From Clostridia bacterium (lineage in GTDB: Bacteria > Bacillota > Clostridia > UBA1212 > UBA1255), in the NCBI GenBank assembly GCA_017560765.1, contig JAFZEI010000028.1:361-64360 (forward strand): a stretch of DNA of 64,000 nucleotides, given 5' to 3'. The translations under genes were made by a program, and so were the position numbers. Below, one piece after another: positions 49,134 through 59,907 of the stretch. Each line of letters opens with the position of its first letter. Position 1 is the first letter of the stretch. A model generated the notes under the pieces. The model was not told the origin of the DNA. It saw only the letters and a list, made by a program, of their open reading frames with translations, and did no database searches.

Positions 49134-49854
49134 CAGACGATAAATAAGATTTGCTGTATTTCTTAATTATAATATTGTCTTTTACAACAGGGTCCACAAT
49201 AAGATTGTCTTTTATCATAATTGCATATATTGTGCTGGACTTAAATGCCGCTAAAAGCTCTTGCGGATTGCCGATTGCCTCAATATGATAAGGGGCGAAA
49301 AGCTTTGTCCCATTTACTCTTATACTGGGGCCAAGGCAAAGTGTTTCACTCATTGACACAATCCTTTCTCCGTTTACAGCTATTGCTTGCGCTCCTGCCG
49401 CTCTTAATGTATTAACTATTTCATTCAGATATATATCATGCACCAAAAGCCCCGGTACCGAATCATATCTTGAAGGTGCATCATCAAGTCCTATATCTAT
49501 GCCTGCTCCCGAAACAGTCGTAAGACCGGCATTAAATCTGTACTGCGTTATATCCGATTCATATTTTTTATATAATTCATAAAATTGTTTTTCATTGTTA
49601 TAAAGGTAATTCATTTCAGAATTATATCTGCTTTGAAGAGCTTCTTTTGATTCATGTTCTTTTGCAATTTTTTGCTCAAGCTCTTTTATTATTTCTTCAT
49701 ATTGCAATATTTCGGCAGAAGCATTTTTTTCTTGTTCTTTTTTTGCATTTGAGACAGATTTAAATTGAAGGGCGACAACGACTCCAAGCAACACAAAAAT
49801 CAGCATTGCAATGATACTGTTTTTTCTGCTTGTTTTGCTATCCACCTTACTCAT
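49117..49854 (-). CDS. DUF881-family protein; a paralogue of the adjacent gene.
   Basis: Same architecture as the adjacent gene (transmembrane anchor, coiled-coil, C-terminal domain with the AINGERIVSMSE-type motif). Confidence 0.5.
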   Translation of the reverse strand: MSKVDSKTSRKNSIIAMLIFVLLGVVVALQFKSVSNAKKEQEKNASAEILQYEEIIKELEQKIAKEHESKEALQSRYNSEMNYLYNNEKQFYELYKKYESDITQYRFNAGLTTVSGAGIDIGLDDAPSRYDSVPGLLVHDIYLNEIVNTLRAAGAQAIAVNGERIVSMSETLCLGPSIRVNGTKLFAPYHIEAIGNPQELLAAFKSSTIYAIMIKDNLIVDPVVKDNIIIKKYSKSYLSSVDLLK

Positions 49855-49986
49855 ACGGACTCTTCTCCCTAATTAATTTACTATAGGCAAACACAGTATA
49901 ATAGCTTTTATTTTTTATGTCAATTGACAATCATTCCCCCTTTGCCTATAATTTCAAAGTAATTTCTATTAAAAAGGACAATTATT

Positions 49987-51294
49987 ATGGATTCAAAAAA
50001 ACTCACGGCTGCTATATATACTTTAGGTTGTAAAGTTAATTTTTACGAAAGCGAAGCTATTACAGAATCACTTTCATCGATGGGTGTTTTAATAAAAGAT
50101 TTTGACGATATTTGCGATATTTATATCATAAATACTTGTACCGTTACAGCCGACAGTGACCGTAAAGGTTTAAAAATAATACGCCGTGCCATCAAAAGAA
50201 ATCCAAATGCTTTTATTGCCGTTACAGGTTGTCTTGCTCAAAGAAATCACGAAGCCATTTCCAAAATACCGGGAGTTTCTCTCATAACCGGAAACGAAGA
50301 CAAAATTTCCGTAGCAAAACAGATAATGGAGCGTTTTAATCTTAGCAGGCACCAAACGGAAATACGCATTCTGCCCTTTTCAGACACATTACAAAGCTCT
50401 TTTATTGATGCTTTTAACAGAACGCGCGCCTATATAAAAATAGAAGATGGTTGCAGTTCAAAATGCGCGTACTGTATAATTCCAAAAGCTCGCGGGCCCG
50501 TTCGTTCAAAGCCTCGGGAAGATATTTTGCGCGAGGTGAATGCTCTTGTTTCAGGTGGTTGCAAGGAAATAGTTTTGACGGGAATTGAAATATCTTCATA
50601 TCAATTTGATTTTATAACACTTCTCGAGGAGTTAGACAAAATTGACGGACTGGAGCGCATACGTCTTGGCTCTCTTGATCCTTTCTTTATCTCTAAGGAA
50701 CTTGTTGATTCTTTAAGCAAAATCAATAAGCTTTGTCCGCATTTTCACATATCTTTGCAAAGCGGTTCAAGTAACACACTTGCCGCCATGCGCCGCAAAT
50801 ATAACGCTAAAACAGCATTAGAGAGGATTCTGTATTTAAAAAATTCCTTTAATAATTGTAATCTTTTCGCTGATGTTATTGTAGGTTTTCCCGGTGAGAG
50901 CGATAGTGATTTTGCTGAAACGGTACACTTTATCGAAAGTGTTCGTTTTTTGCATCTTCATATATTCCCATATTCTCAAAGGGCAGGCACAGAAGCTGCT
51001 GAAATGACAAATCAAATTTCACCTCAAGTAAAAAAAGAACGTGCTGCCTTTCTTGCAGACGTTCAATCACGCATTAAAATGGATTTAATAAAAGAATATA
51101 TATCTTCGGGTGAAAAAGCAAATGTCCTTTTTGAAACCTATAAGGACGGTATTCTAAAAGGACATTCCGATAATTTTATTGAATTTGTTTGTGAGTCAAA
51201 GGAAAACCTCCGCGGTACAACAGGAACGGTAATTCCCGTATCTACCGATGGCGAAAGTATTACAGGTTATTTAATGTCATCCTCATTGTCATAG
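49987..51294 (+). CDS. mtaB: Radical-SAM tRNA methylthiotransferase, MtaB/MiaB-like.
   Basis: MTTase N-terminal domain (YTLGCKVNFYESE) and radical SAM CSSKCAYC. The ~435-aa size fits MtaB. Confidence 0.7.
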   Translation: MDSKKLTAAIYTLGCKVNFYESEAITESLSSMGVLIKDFDDICDIYIINTCTVTADSDRKGLKIIRRAIKRNPNAFIAVTGCLAQRNHEAISKIPGVSLITGNEDKISVAKQIMERFNLSRHQTEIRILPFSDTLQSSFIDAFNRTRAYIKIEDGCSSKCAYCIIPKARGPVRSKPREDILREVNALVSGGCKEIVLTGIEISSYQFDFITLLEELDKIDGLERIRLGSLDPFFISKELVDSLSKINKLCPHFHISLQSGSSNTLAAMRRKYNAKTALERILYLKNSFNNCNLFADVIVGFPGESDSDFAETVHFIESVRFLHLHIFPYSQRAGTEAAEMTNQISPQVKKERAAFLADVQSRIKMDLIKEYISSGEKANVLFETYKDGILKGHSDNFIEFVCESKENLRGTTGTVIPVSTDGESITGYLMSSSLS

Positions 51295-51794
51295 CTATTG
51301 TCAAACTCGTCTTCGTCATCTTCGTTTACAATTGCGTCTTCTGTATAATTCTCTTCGTCCTCTGTATCATCCTCCAAAGCTTCTTCTAAAGCTGCTTTGT
51401 TTTTATCAAGGTCAATAAAGAACTGTACCAAATACGCAACGCAGAACAATGCAATGCCTACAAACGCTTCACCGAATATGCCAACTTTCTTAACTGTAAG
51501 AATAAGAAATACTACAGCGACGATAAAGAGAACTCCCTTAACTATCGTCTTAACTTTATATGAAGTTTCCTTCTTAAATCTGTCTATATTGTCTATCAAC
51601 GGGAAAACCACATCAACTAACAACACGGAAATAAGTGCTGTTGACATAGAAATCATCAAAATAGGCTGTTGGAGATTCTCCGGAAGAATTTGGAAAAATG
51701 CCAAAAGCACAAAAACGATTGATATCATCAAAACAATAATAAATATATTTGTAAGTAATGTTCTTTTTTTCATTTTCAGAACTCCTTCTATCAA
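51267..51794 (-). CDS. Membrane protein with a highly acidic C-terminal tail, hypothetical.
   Basis: Four predicted transmembrane helices. The tail is EEALEDDTEDEENYTEDAIVNEDDEDEFDNSYDNEDD. It overlaps the 3' end of the convergent mtaB gene. Confidence 0.4.
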   Translation of the reverse strand: MIEGVLKMKKRTLLTNIFIIVLMISIVFVLLAFFQILPENLQQPILMISMSTALISVLLVDVVFPLIDNIDRFKKETSYKVKTIVKGVLFIVAVVFLILTVKKVGIFGEAFVGIALFCVAYLVQFFIDLDKNKAALEEALEDDTEDEENYTEDAIVNEDDEDEFDNSYDNEDDIK

Positions 51795-51836
51795 AATTTA
51801 TATAAATTCTACATATATTTGAATACGTTGTCAAAT

Positions 51837-53177
51837 TTATTTTTTAACTATATTTGCCGCATCCTCAGGTGTGGAAACTTCATATTGCTGACCGCTTTCC
51901 ATGTCTTTTATTTTAAACACACCTTGTGTCATTTCATCGCCGCCTATGATGGCAACATACGGTATACCCAACTTATTAGCGTAAGTAAGTTTCTTAGCCA
52001 TTTTACCATCGTTCATATATACCTCTACAGCGTATCCTGCCTTACGGAATTCCGTAGCCTTTTCTAAGGTGTATTGCACAGTGTCGCTCATTGGTATAAA
52101 CAGAATCTCTGTAGGTGTACATCTGTTATCATATTGGATGGCTCCAACTTCGTTAAGTTGGTAGAACAACCTTGAAAGGCCAATGGATATGCCGACTCCG
52201 GGCAAACTTTGTTTTGTGTAATTTGAAGCTAATTCATCATATCTGCCGCCGGAACAAATACTTCCCAATTGAGGATAATCGCAAAGCATCGTTTCATAAA
52301 CTGTTCCTGTGTAATAATCAAGTCCTCTTGCAATTTTAAGATTAACTGTAAAATATTCTTCGCTTACACCTAATGCCTTTATATTCTCACATACTGCTTC
52401 AAGTTCAGCTAAACCTTCTTTGAATTTGTCGTTAGGAATATCATAAGCTTTAAGTCCCTCCAAAATATCGGCAATGCTTCCTGAATTATCCAAAAACTTC
52501 AATACATTCTCTGCAGTATCCTCTGTAAGGTTTACTTCCTTGATTAATTCCTTTTTAACATTGTCTCTGCCTATCTTGTCTATCTTGTCAACGATTCTCA
52601 AAGTTTCAACAGTATTCTCAATTTGGAGATATTCGAAATATCCATTGAGCAATTTCCTGTTATTTATCATTATCTTAAAAGAGCCTATATTCAGAGCTTT
52701 AAAGGTAGAGAAAATAACACTTACAATCTCAGCATCATTTACAATGCCCAAAGAGCCATTTCCTATAATATCAATATCGCATTGATAAAACTCACGGAAT
52801 CTTCCTTTTTGAGGTTTTTCTCCTCTGTATACTTTACCTATATGATAACGTCTGAAAGGAAATGTAAGTTCTCCGTAATGCTGCGCAACATATCTTGCAA
52901 GAGGTACCGTCAAATCAAATCTCATGGCAATATCACTATCGCCTTTGTTAAACCGGTAAACCTGCTTAGCTGTCTCTCCGCCGCTCTTAGCAAGCAAAAC
53001 TTCCGATTTTTCAAGAACTGGTGTATCTAAAGGAATAAATCCGTAACTCTCAAAAGTTTTTTTGATTATATCTGTCATTCTTGTCATAATCATTTGTTCT
53101 TTGGGCAAAAGCTCCATAAAACCGGAAAGAATTGATGGCTCCACTATTTTTCTTTGATTATTTTGATTTTCGCTCAT
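51837..53177 (-). CDS. hisS: Histidine--tRNA ligase.
   Basis: Class II motifs (RYHIGKVYRGEKPQKGRFREFYQ; GGRYD) and a C-terminal anticodon-binding domain. Confidence 0.9.
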   Translation of the reverse strand: MSENQNNQRKIVEPSILSGFMELLPKEQMIMTRMTDIIKKTFESYGFIPLDTPVLEKSEVLLAKSGGETAKQVYRFNKGDSDIAMRFDLTVPLARYVAQHYGELTFPFRRYHIGKVYRGEKPQKGRFREFYQCDIDIIGNGSLGIVNDAEIVSVIFSTFKALNIGSFKIMINNRKLLNGYFEYLQIENTVETLRIVDKIDKIGRDNVKKELIKEVNLTEDTAENVLKFLDNSGSIADILEGLKAYDIPNDKFKEGLAELEAVCENIKALGVSEEYFTVNLKIARGLDYYTGTVYETMLCDYPQLGSICSGGRYDELASNYTKQSLPGVGISIGLSRLFYQLNEVGAIQYDNRCTPTEILFIPMSDTVQYTLEKATEFRKAGYAVEVYMNDGKMAKKLTYANKLGIPYVAIIGGDEMTQGVFKIKDMESGQQYEVSTPEDAANIVKK

Positions 53178-53220
53178 TTCAAATACCCCTTTGATATGCG
53201 TGAAGTTATTTTATATAAAA

Positions 53221-53257
53221 AAATCCGAACCTGATTGTTTCACAGATTCGGACTTTG
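53221..53257 (-). terminator. Rho-independent terminator after tRNA-Lys.
   Basis: Minus-strand tccgaatctg-loop-caggttcgga followed by TTTTTTT. Confidence 0.65.
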
Positions 53258-53333
53258 TGGTGATCCATCGGAGACTCGAACTCCGGACACCCTGATTAAA
53301 AGCCAGGTGCTCTACCGACTGAGCTAATGGATC
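53258..53333 (-). tRNA. tRNA-Lys with anticodon TTT.
   Basis: The reverse-complement folds as a cloverleaf: acceptor gatccat/atggatc, D-arm gctcagtcggtagagc, anticodon loop cTTTTaa, T-arm cggag-TTCGAGT-ctccg, and an encoded CCA. Confidence 0.75.
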
Positions 53334-53369
53334 ATAACCCAATGCTTCGCTCTCGCAAAGCGCTTGGAT

Positions 53370-53398
53370 ATAATACATCACTAAACAAGTGTTGTCAA
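53370..53398 (-). promoter_or_regulatory. Sigma-70 promoter (TTGACA-17-TATTAT) for tRNA-Lys.
   Basis: Minus-strand TTGACAacacttgtttagtgatgTATTAT ends ~30 nt upstream of the tRNA 5' end. Confidence 0.55.
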
Positions 53399-53436
53399 TA
53401 GTTTTTTTAAGATTTTTAAAAAAAATTTTTGCCGAA

Positions 53437-54420
53437 TTATTTGCTAAGTACTGAGTCGGATACTTTAATTACAGGACGAACGCCCTCTGTTATATCATTA
53501 ACAGTATAACCGCCTTCTGAAATCTTTCCTGCACGATCAACAGCCAACATAAATGTTTTAGCTCCGGGATCTCTCAACCACCAAATACCTGCATCTTTGT
53601 TGTCAGAAGCCAAGCCTCTTGCTTTTGCATAATTTGTGCCGTATGCCATTGAGTTAAATCCACTTTCTGCTGTGAAATACTTATTAAATTCTGCTTGAGA
53701 GAGTAAGTAAACAACATTCTCAGAGTCGTTGCCACCCTCTGTCTTATAAGTGTCATTGTCTGCACAAGATACTGTAACCTTCTTTAACTCAGCTATTTCT
53801 GCTTCTGAGAAAGCTCTGTTAAGGAAATTGAGTTTTTCTTTATATTTTGCACCATTATTAATATTATACTCGTCTGTACCGTTTAACCAGTCACGTAAAG
53901 AAGAAGTTTCCCATGTACAATCACCGTATAAATCGTTGTATTTTATACCACCGTCGAGAATCTTGCTTGAAATAAGAAGACTTTCTCCTCCTGTTTTTTC
54001 AAGAACTATCCACTTAATCGGCTCAACAAGGTACAAATTATCTCCGCAAGACATATACAACTGTTCTTCTTGTGCTACTCCGTCTACTTTTGCCTGATAG
54101 ACATAATAACCTGTCTCCAAATCGTATTTTGCAGACATCTTGTCATCGCTATACTCGGTCCACAAACCTGTTTCAGGGTCAATTTTAACATTGTTTTTAA
54201 TTGCACTTTGAACGTCGGCTGCTGCTTTTGTCTGAGGATACATACCAAATTCTACCAACTTATCATCTGCAACCTCATCTTGCTTTGAAATTGAAGGATC
54301 TCCGCCGTTAGTAGTCCAATCAGACTCACCTATCTCTGTATCCTTACATCCTGTAAACAAAACCAAACTTGACATGATAACAAGCGCCAATATCACGGAC
54401 AATAACTTTTTGTGTGTCAT
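53437..54420 (-). CDS. Lipoprotein with a DUF6273-like C-terminal domain.
   Basis: Signal peptide plus LFTGC lipobox. The C-terminal WWLRDPG...GVRPVIKV motifs are typical of DUF6273. Confidence 0.5.
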   Translation of the reverse strand: MTHKKLLSVILALVIMSSLVLFTGCKDTEIGESDWTTNGGDPSISKQDEVADDKLVEFGMYPQTKAAADVQSAIKNNVKIDPETGLWTEYSDDKMSAKYDLETGYYVYQAKVDGVAQEEQLYMSCGDNLYLVEPIKWIVLEKTGGESLLISSKILDGGIKYNDLYGDCTWETSSLRDWLNGTDEYNINNGAKYKEKLNFLNRAFSEAEIAELKKVTVSCADNDTYKTEGGNDSENVVYLLSQAEFNKYFTAESGFNSMAYGTNYAKARGLASDNKDAGIWWLRDPGAKTFMLAVDRAGKISEGGYTVNDITEGVRPVIKVSDSVLSK

Positions 54421-54544
54421 AAATTAAATGCCTCCCAATACGATAGATAACACGCATAGACAATGCGGTAAACAACACAATAATATATACTAACGAAGTA
54501 TACCTTCTATTGTTTTGGATGTCAATAAATAAATAAAAATTTTA

Positions 54545-54574
54545 GTATTAAATCTTGCCTTCCGCTCATATACT
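54545..54574 (+). promoter_or_regulatory. Possible sigma-E-type sporulation promoter upstream of spoIVA.
   Basis: gTATTAaa, a 16-nt spacer, then CATATAct, resembling the sigma-E consensus (ATa..-16/18-cATAcanT). A strong AAGGAGGT ribosome-binding site precedes the GTG start. Confidence 0.3.
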
Positions 54575-54628
54575 TGCTTTGTAAACCGCAGCGAGTACAG
54601 GGTTACTATTTAATAAGGAGGTATTTCA

Positions 54629-56107
54629 GTGGATAGATTTGATATTTACCAGCAAATAGCGCAAAGAACTAACGGAGATATTTACATCGGAGTTGTAGGC
54701 CCCGTCCGCACGGGAAAGTCTACTTTTATTAAAAGATTTATGGATTTATTGGTGATTCCCAATATTACCGACACTTTTGAACGTGACAGGGCAATAGATG
54801 AGTTGCCTCAAAGTGCTTCAGGCAAAACCATTATGACAACAGAGCCGAAATTCATCCCAAACGAGGCTGCTAACATCACGATTGACGGCAACATTAATTT
54901 AAGAGTTCGTCTCGTTGACTGTGTTGGCTATCTTGTTTCCGGAGCCTTAGGCCATCTTGAAAACGATGTTCCCCGTATGGTCGACACACCTTGGTTCGAA
55001 GAAAAGATTCCCTTCGGCCAGGCGGCGGAAATAGGCACTAAAAAGGTTATTACGGAGCATTCAACCATTGGGCTTGTTATCACGACAGATGGCAGCATTA
55101 CTGATATTTCAAGAGATGAATACGAAGAAGCAGAGGCGCGCGTTATTTCCGAATTAAAAAGCACCGGCAAACCTTTTGCCATTCTTCTCAATTGCATAGA
55201 CACCTCTTCTGAGGATATTATTCCTTTAAAAGAAGAATTAAGTGAAAAATACGGTGTTCCTGTGCTTCCTGTAAATTGCAGCACAATGACACAAGAAGAT
55301 ATTAACAATATTATGCAAACATTACTGTATGAATTTCCAATATGCGAAATAGGCATTAATATTCCGTCGTGGATGATTAGTCTTGATTACAATGAGGAGC
55401 TAAAGTCCTCCTTGACGGATGCTATAAAGGATTCTTTTGAGGAAGCATCTAAGGTTCGCCATATTAATGATTGTGTAGAGGCTTTAAAAGGATATTCTTT
55501 TGTAAAAAATGCTGTTGTTGCTTCTATTGACGCAGGAAGCGGTTGTTCTTTAATTGATATACAACTGCCGGATGAACTTTTTTATAATATTTTATCCGAA
55601 CGTTCCGGGCTTGATATTACTGATGATAAAGCACTCATTTCAATGATTCGTGATTTAGGCCGCATTAAACGTGAGCACGAGCGTTTGGAAACTGCTCTTC
55701 GTGAGGTAGAGCTTAAAGGCTACGGAATAGTCATGCCCACCATGGAGGAAATGCATTTGGAAGAGCCGCAAATAGTTAAGCAAGGCAACCGCTTCGGCGT
55801 GCGTCTGCGCGCTCACGCTCCGTCAATACATATGATAAAAGCCGATATCGAAACTGAAATTGCGCCTTTTGTTGGCACGGAGAAGCAATCCGAAGAACTT
55901 GTAAATTACATTTTAAATGAATTCGAGGGCGATCCTCAATCAATATGGACTTCGAATCTATTCGGCAAGCCTCTTAATGAGCTTATGGGCGAAGGCCTCC
56001 AAAGTAAACTAAACCGTATACCTGATGAGGAGCGTGTCAAACTCCAGGAAACAATACAACGCGTAATAAACGAGGGCAGTGGCGGACTAATTTGTATAAT
56101 TCTGTAA
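54629..56107 (+). CDS. spoIVA: Stage IV sporulation protein A (spore coat morphogenetic ATPase).
   Basis: N-terminal Walker A GVVGPVRTGKSTFIKRFMD and full-length (~492 aa) SpoIVA conservation. Confidence 0.9.
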   Translation: MDRFDIYQQIAQRTNGDIYIGVVGPVRTGKSTFIKRFMDLLVIPNITDTFERDRAIDELPQSASGKTIMTTEPKFIPNEAANITIDGNINLRVRLVDCVGYLVSGALGHLENDVPRMVDTPWFEEKIPFGQAAEIGTKKVITEHSTIGLVITTDGSITDISRDEYEEAEARVISELKSTGKPFAILLNCIDTSSEDIIPLKEELSEKYGVPVLPVNCSTMTQEDINNIMQTLLYEFPICEIGINIPSWMISLDYNEELKSSLTDAIKDSFEEASKVRHINDCVEALKGYSFVKNAVVASIDAGSGCSLIDIQLPDELFYNILSERSGLDITDDKALISMIRDLGRIKREHERLETALREVELKGYGIVMPTMEEMHLEEPQIVKQGNRFGVRLRAHAPSIHMIKADIETEIAPFVGTEKQSEELVNYILNEFEGDPQSIWTSNLFGKPLNELMGEGLQSKLNRIPDEERVKLQETIQRVINEGSGGLICIIL

Positions 56108-56126
56108 GAACAGCTTATAAGAAAAC

Positions 56127-56166
56127 ACGGGAACATCACATAAAAATGTAATTTTCCCGTGTTAAT
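56127..56166. terminator. Hairpin or bidirectional terminator between spoIVA and the convergent phosphatase gene.
   Basis: aacacgggaa-loop-ttcccgtgtt, a 10-bp stem. Confidence 0.4.
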
Positions 56167-56186
56167 ATCAATTAAACTTTAAGTAT

Positions 56187-56678
56187 TTATTCTATTATCT
56201 TATCAAAAGCAAGTTCAAGTGCCTTTTTAATATCAGAGGCACACTCCTCGTAATCATCCTCGTCACCGCGGTAAGGATCATCAATGTCAAGATTACCGTC
56301 TAAGCCCTTGGCACCGTATGCCAGCTCATTTAAAGTATATGTCTTGCTTACAGTATCAGAAAATGCATCCTCAATTGCCTGCTGATGACTGTCAGACATA
56401 GCAATAACCAAATCACTTTCTTCAAGTAAATCACGGTCCAATTGCTTCGCTCTGTGCTTATCAGAGTCTTCTATGCCGTAATTTTCCTCAAGAACTTTAA
56501 CTGCCGGAGAGCCGGCCTCATCATCTTCTATGGCAAACAAGCCTGCTGATGAAACCTTATAGTCTCTCTTGTTTAATTTACCCTCTTCATCGGCTTTCTC
56601 AAGCATATCTTTTAAAATATACTCTGCCAAAAAGCTTCTGCATATATTACTCGTGCAGACGAAAAGAATATGTTTCAA
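56187..56678 (-). CDS. Low-molecular-weight protein-tyrosine phosphatase.
   Basis: CX5R P-loop VCTSNICRS at the N-terminus and a DP motif near the C-terminus. Confidence 0.8.
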   Translation of the reverse strand: MKHILFVCTSNICRSFLAEYILKDMLEKADEEGKLNKRDYKVSSAGLFAIEDDEAGSPAVKVLEENYGIEDSDKHRAKQLDRDLLEESDLVIAMSDSHQQAIEDAFSDTVSKTYTLNELAYGAKGLDGNLDIDDPYRGDEDDYEECASDIKKALELAFDKIIE

Positions 56679-56735
56679 AATTAAAATAACACCTCATTCT
56701 CTAAAACAAATATGATTACTTGCTGTTCCGGGCAC

Positions 56736-57803
56736 TTACACTGTAAAAATATTCCCTCCGGCAGCACGATACAATCTGTTCATAACAGCATCTCCCGTTC
56801 CGCCTTTAGGTAGTGCCTCTGCAAAAACCATATTAACGCCCATGTCATCAAATCTTCTCAGGCAATGGAACAAATTAGATGCCTGCTCTAGACTATCTTG
56901 CAGACTGCCTAAAGATAAAACAACAACATTGTCCTCCTTATAATAACAAAAGCTTTCGTCAGTTGCAAGAACTCCGCAAGAATATCCTTCATTTTTTGCC
57001 TTTTTTATTTCTGATAATATATGTGATACTACAGCCGAAGGCTCTCCGTCACATATTTTAACGGTTGCTTTCGGTGCATAATGTCTGTATTTAAGTCCCG
57101 GCGAGCGAGGCTTTTCCGTAGCATTATCGTGCGGCTTCATCCAATCAAGTTCGTCTGCCGATTCAACGACAGTAGATATTTGCTCCAGCGTTACAGCTCC
57201 CGGCCTTAATATGCTCATTTGCTCACCTGCTATGTCGAAAACTGTCGATTCTACTCCAACTTCGCAATTGCCGCCGTCAATAATAATATCTACTCTGCCC
57301 ATCATGTCTTCTATAACATGTGCGCCTCTTGTGGGGCTTGGCCTTCCTGATAAATTTGCGCTGGGAGCCGCAATCGGTACTCCGGCGGCTTCAATTAAGG
57401 CTTGTGCGATTGGGTGAGACGGAAATCTTATGCCTACCGTATCGAGTCCGCAAGACACATTGGCAGGTACTGCATCATCTCTGTGAGCAATCAAAGTAAG
57501 CGGTCCCGGCCAAAATTCATCTGCCAACTTGTCTAAAATATCTCTTTGTATGCCGTCACAATCTGTAACAAGCTCCAGCATTTTATAATCCGAAATATGT
57601 ACAATAAGCGGATTGTCTGCAGGTCTTCCCTTCGCTTTGAAAATATTATTTACTGCATCTGCGTTAAAAGCACTTGCCCCGAGGCCGTAGACCGTTTCCG
57701 TAGGGAAACAAACCAAACCGCCTTTTCTTATAACCTCAGCACAATGGGCGATTTTTTCTTTATCGATATTGTTTATGTCAATTTTTATTATTTCTGTATT
57801 CAT
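56736..57803 (-). CDS. tsaC: L-threonylcarbamoyladenylate synthase (Sua5/YwlC/TsaC type, with a Sua5 C-terminal domain).
   Basis: YrdC domain (FPTETVYGLGASAF...KGRPADNPLIVHI) plus a Sua5 C-terminal domain. The start is probably MNTEIIK, 4 nt after the prfA stop. Confidence 0.85.
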   Translation of the reverse strand: MNTEIIKIDINNIDKEKIAHCAEVIRKGGLVCFPTETVYGLGASAFNADAVNNIFKAKGRPADNPLIVHISDYKMLELVTDCDGIQRDILDKLADEFWPGPLTLIAHRDDAVPANVSCGLDTVGIRFPSHPIAQALIEAAGVPIAAPSANLSGRPSPTRGAHVIEDMMGRVDIIIDGGNCEVGVESTVFDIAGEQMSILRPGAVTLEQISTVVESADELDWMKPHDNATEKPRSPGLKYRHYAPKATVKICDGEPSAVVSHILSEIKKAKNEGYSCGVLATDESFCYYKEDNVVVLSLGSLQDSLEQASNLFHCLRRFDDMGVNMVFAEALPKGGTGDAVMNRLYRAAGGNIFTV

Positions 57804-57807
57804 AGCT

Positions 57808-58878
57808 TTATCCGTTTCCCTGCGCAAGCTTTTCTGCTCTCTCATTTGTAATCAAAGCCTCAACTATTTCATCAATATCTCCGTCAAGAATAGGCTCTAA
57901 CCTATACAAAGTGAGATTGATTCTATGATCAGTCACGCGGTTTTGAGGATAATTATACGTCCTGATTTTTTCGCTTCTATCTCCTGAGCCTACTTGATTT
58001 TTTCTCGTTTCTGCTACTGAATTATCTCTTTCAGCCTTTTGCATTTCATATAATTTTGAACGAAGCACCTTAAAAGCTCTTTCTTTGTTTTTAAGCTGCG
58101 AACGTTCATCCTGACACGTAACAACAATTCCTGTAGGCTTATGGATTAATCGAATGGCAGATTCCGTTTTATTAACGTGCTGTCCTCCTGCTCCGCCCGA
58201 GCGGCAAGTTTCTATTTCTACGTCGCTTAAATTAAGTTCTACGTCAACGTCCTCCACCTCAGGAAGTACGGCAACCGTTGCCGCCGAAGTGTGTATTCTG
58301 CCTCCTGACTCCGTAACAGGAACACGCTGAACTCTGTGGGCGCCGCTTTCGAATTTCAGCTTGCTGTAAGCACCGTTACCCACCACCGTAAATGTACATT
58401 CCTTGATGCCGCCGATTTCCGTCTCGTTAAAGTCGATAATTTCAATTCGCCAGCCCATGCGCTCTGCATATTTTGAATACATTCTGAAAAGCACCGCGCC
58501 GAAAAGCGCCGCTTCTTCTCCTCCTGTGCCGCTTCGTATCTCCACGATAACATTCTTGCTGTCATTAGGGTCTTTGGGGATAAGCATTATTTTGAGTTTT
58601 TCTTCCAATTGGGCAATTTCTTCTGTTTTGTTATGAAATTCCTCTTTTACCAGCTCTCGAAATTCTTCTTCAAGCTGTCCGGAAAGCATTTCTTTTGCCT
58701 CTTCCCGTTCTTTTACTGCTTCTTTATATGCTCTGTAGACCGTCACAAGCTCTTCTAATTCGGAATGCTCTGTGGCCGTCTTTCTGTAAGCCTGAGAATC
58801 ACCTAAAACCTCAGGGTCTGTTAATTTTTGTGTAAGCTCGTCAAATCTGTATTCGGCTGCTTGTAATTTATCTATCAT
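57808..58878 (-). CDS. prfA: Peptide chain release factor 1.
   Basis: GGQ motif ([17 protein letters not shown]) and PxT-region conservation. Confidence 0.95.
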   Translation of the reverse strand: MIDKLQAAEYRFDELTQKLTDPEVLGDSQAYRKTATEHSELEELVTVYRAYKEAVKEREEAKEMLSGQLEEEFRELVKEEFHNKTEEIAQLEEKLKIMLIPKDPNDSKNVIVEIRSGTGGEEAALFGAVLFRMYSKYAERMGWRIEIIDFNETEIGGIKECTFTVVGNGAYSKLKFESGAHRVQRVPVTESGGRIHTSAATVAVLPEVEDVDVELNLSDVEIETCRSGGAGGQHVNKTESAIRLIHKPTGIVVTCQDERSQLKNKERAFKVLRSKLYEMQKAERDNSVAETRKNQVGSGDRSEKIRTYNYPQNRVTDHRINLTLYRLEPILDGDIDEIVEALITNERAEKLAQGNG

Positions 58879-59471
58879 AGTTCTTTTCTGTTCTCCAAAG
58901 CTCTTGCTATTGTAACCTCATCCACATATTCCAAGTCGCCGCCTACCGGCACACCGTGGGCAATTCGTGTAACCTTAACTCCTAATGGTTTTAACAATCT
59001 GGCTATATACATTGCAGTAGCCTCACCTTCCACATTCGGATTTGTCGCTACTATTATCTCGCTAACGGTATCATCAATTCTCGCCAGAAGCTCTTTGATG
59101 CGGATTTCATCAGGCCCTATGCCGTTTATCGGAGATATGACGCCATGTAAAACATGATATCGTCCTGAGAAAACCTTTGACCTTTCCATTGCCATAACAT
59201 CTCTGGGGTCCTCTACAACACATATTTTCCCGTTGTCACGTGCCGGATTACCGCAAATATCGCAGATATCTTTGTCTGACATATTTTGGCAAATTTGACA
59301 ATATTTCAGCTCTTTTCTTGCAGTTTTAATTGCCTCCGCAAATTCTTCCGCTTCTTCTTGTGTTCTGCCGAGAATATAAAAAGCCATTCTTTGTGCAGAT
59401 TTATGTCCTATACCGGGCAGTTTCTCGAATTGCTCTATTAACTTTGTAACCGATGCTCCGTATACACTCAT
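58875..59471 (-). CDS. recR: Recombination protein RecR.
   Basis: HhH motif, C4 zinc finger (CQICQN...CDICGN) and Toprim domain. Confidence 0.95.
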   Translation of the reverse strand: MSVYGASVTKLIEQFEKLPGIGHKSAQRMAFYILGRTQEEAEEFAEAIKTARKELKYCQICQNMSDKDICDICGNPARDNGKICVVEDPRDVMAMERSKVFSGRYHVLHGVISPINGIGPDEIRIKELLARIDDTVSEIIVATNPNVEGEATAMYIARLLKPLGVKVTRIAHGVPVGGDLEYVDEVTIARALENRKEL

Positions 59472-59472
59472 T

Positions 59473-59811
59473 TTATATTCCCATTGTATATTTGCCCATT
59501 ACAGCTTGTGTTTCTTCTTCAATTGCATCAACGCACTCATTGATTGCTGCCACAATAAGGTCTTGAAGCATTTCAACATCCTCAGGGTCAACAACCTCAG
59601 GTTTGATTTCCAGTGATTGAAGTTTCTTCTCACCTGTCATAGTAACCTTTACTGCACCGCCTCCGGAAGTCGTCTCAAATACTTTTTCGGAAATTGCAGC
59701 TTGCTCCTTCTCCATTTCTCTTTGCATTTGTTGTGCCTGCTGCATCAGACGCTGCATATTATTTCCGCCGCCGTTTTTTGCTCCAAATCCGCCTCTGAAT
59801 CCTTTTGCCAT
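59473..59811 (-). CDS. ybaB: Nucleoid-associated protein YbaB/EbfC.
   Basis: [20 protein letters not shown] signature. The start is the ATG after the AAAGGA ribosome-binding site; the ORF track extends it to 59856. Confidence 0.85.
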   Translation of the reverse strand: MAKGFRGGFGAKNGGGNNMQRLMQQAQQMQREMEKEQAAISEKVFETTSGGGAVKVTMTGEKKLQSLEIKPEVVDPEDVEMLQDLIVAAINECVDAIEEETQAVMGKYTMGI

Positions 59812-59907
59812 TTTTCTCAATTCCTTTCGATATATAATAATAAACTTAATCAACAAAGTTATACTTATTTATTTTACCACAAAGTATTTTATTTTTCATT
59901 ATAAACT

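Noticed and set aside
53178-53260. tRNA-Lys plus hairpin as part of a T-box or antiterminator for hisS
   Set aside because: The structure is a complete tRNA gene followed by a canonical terminator (hairpin plus U7). No T-box motifs are present. It is more simply a separate tRNA transcription unit upstream of hisS.
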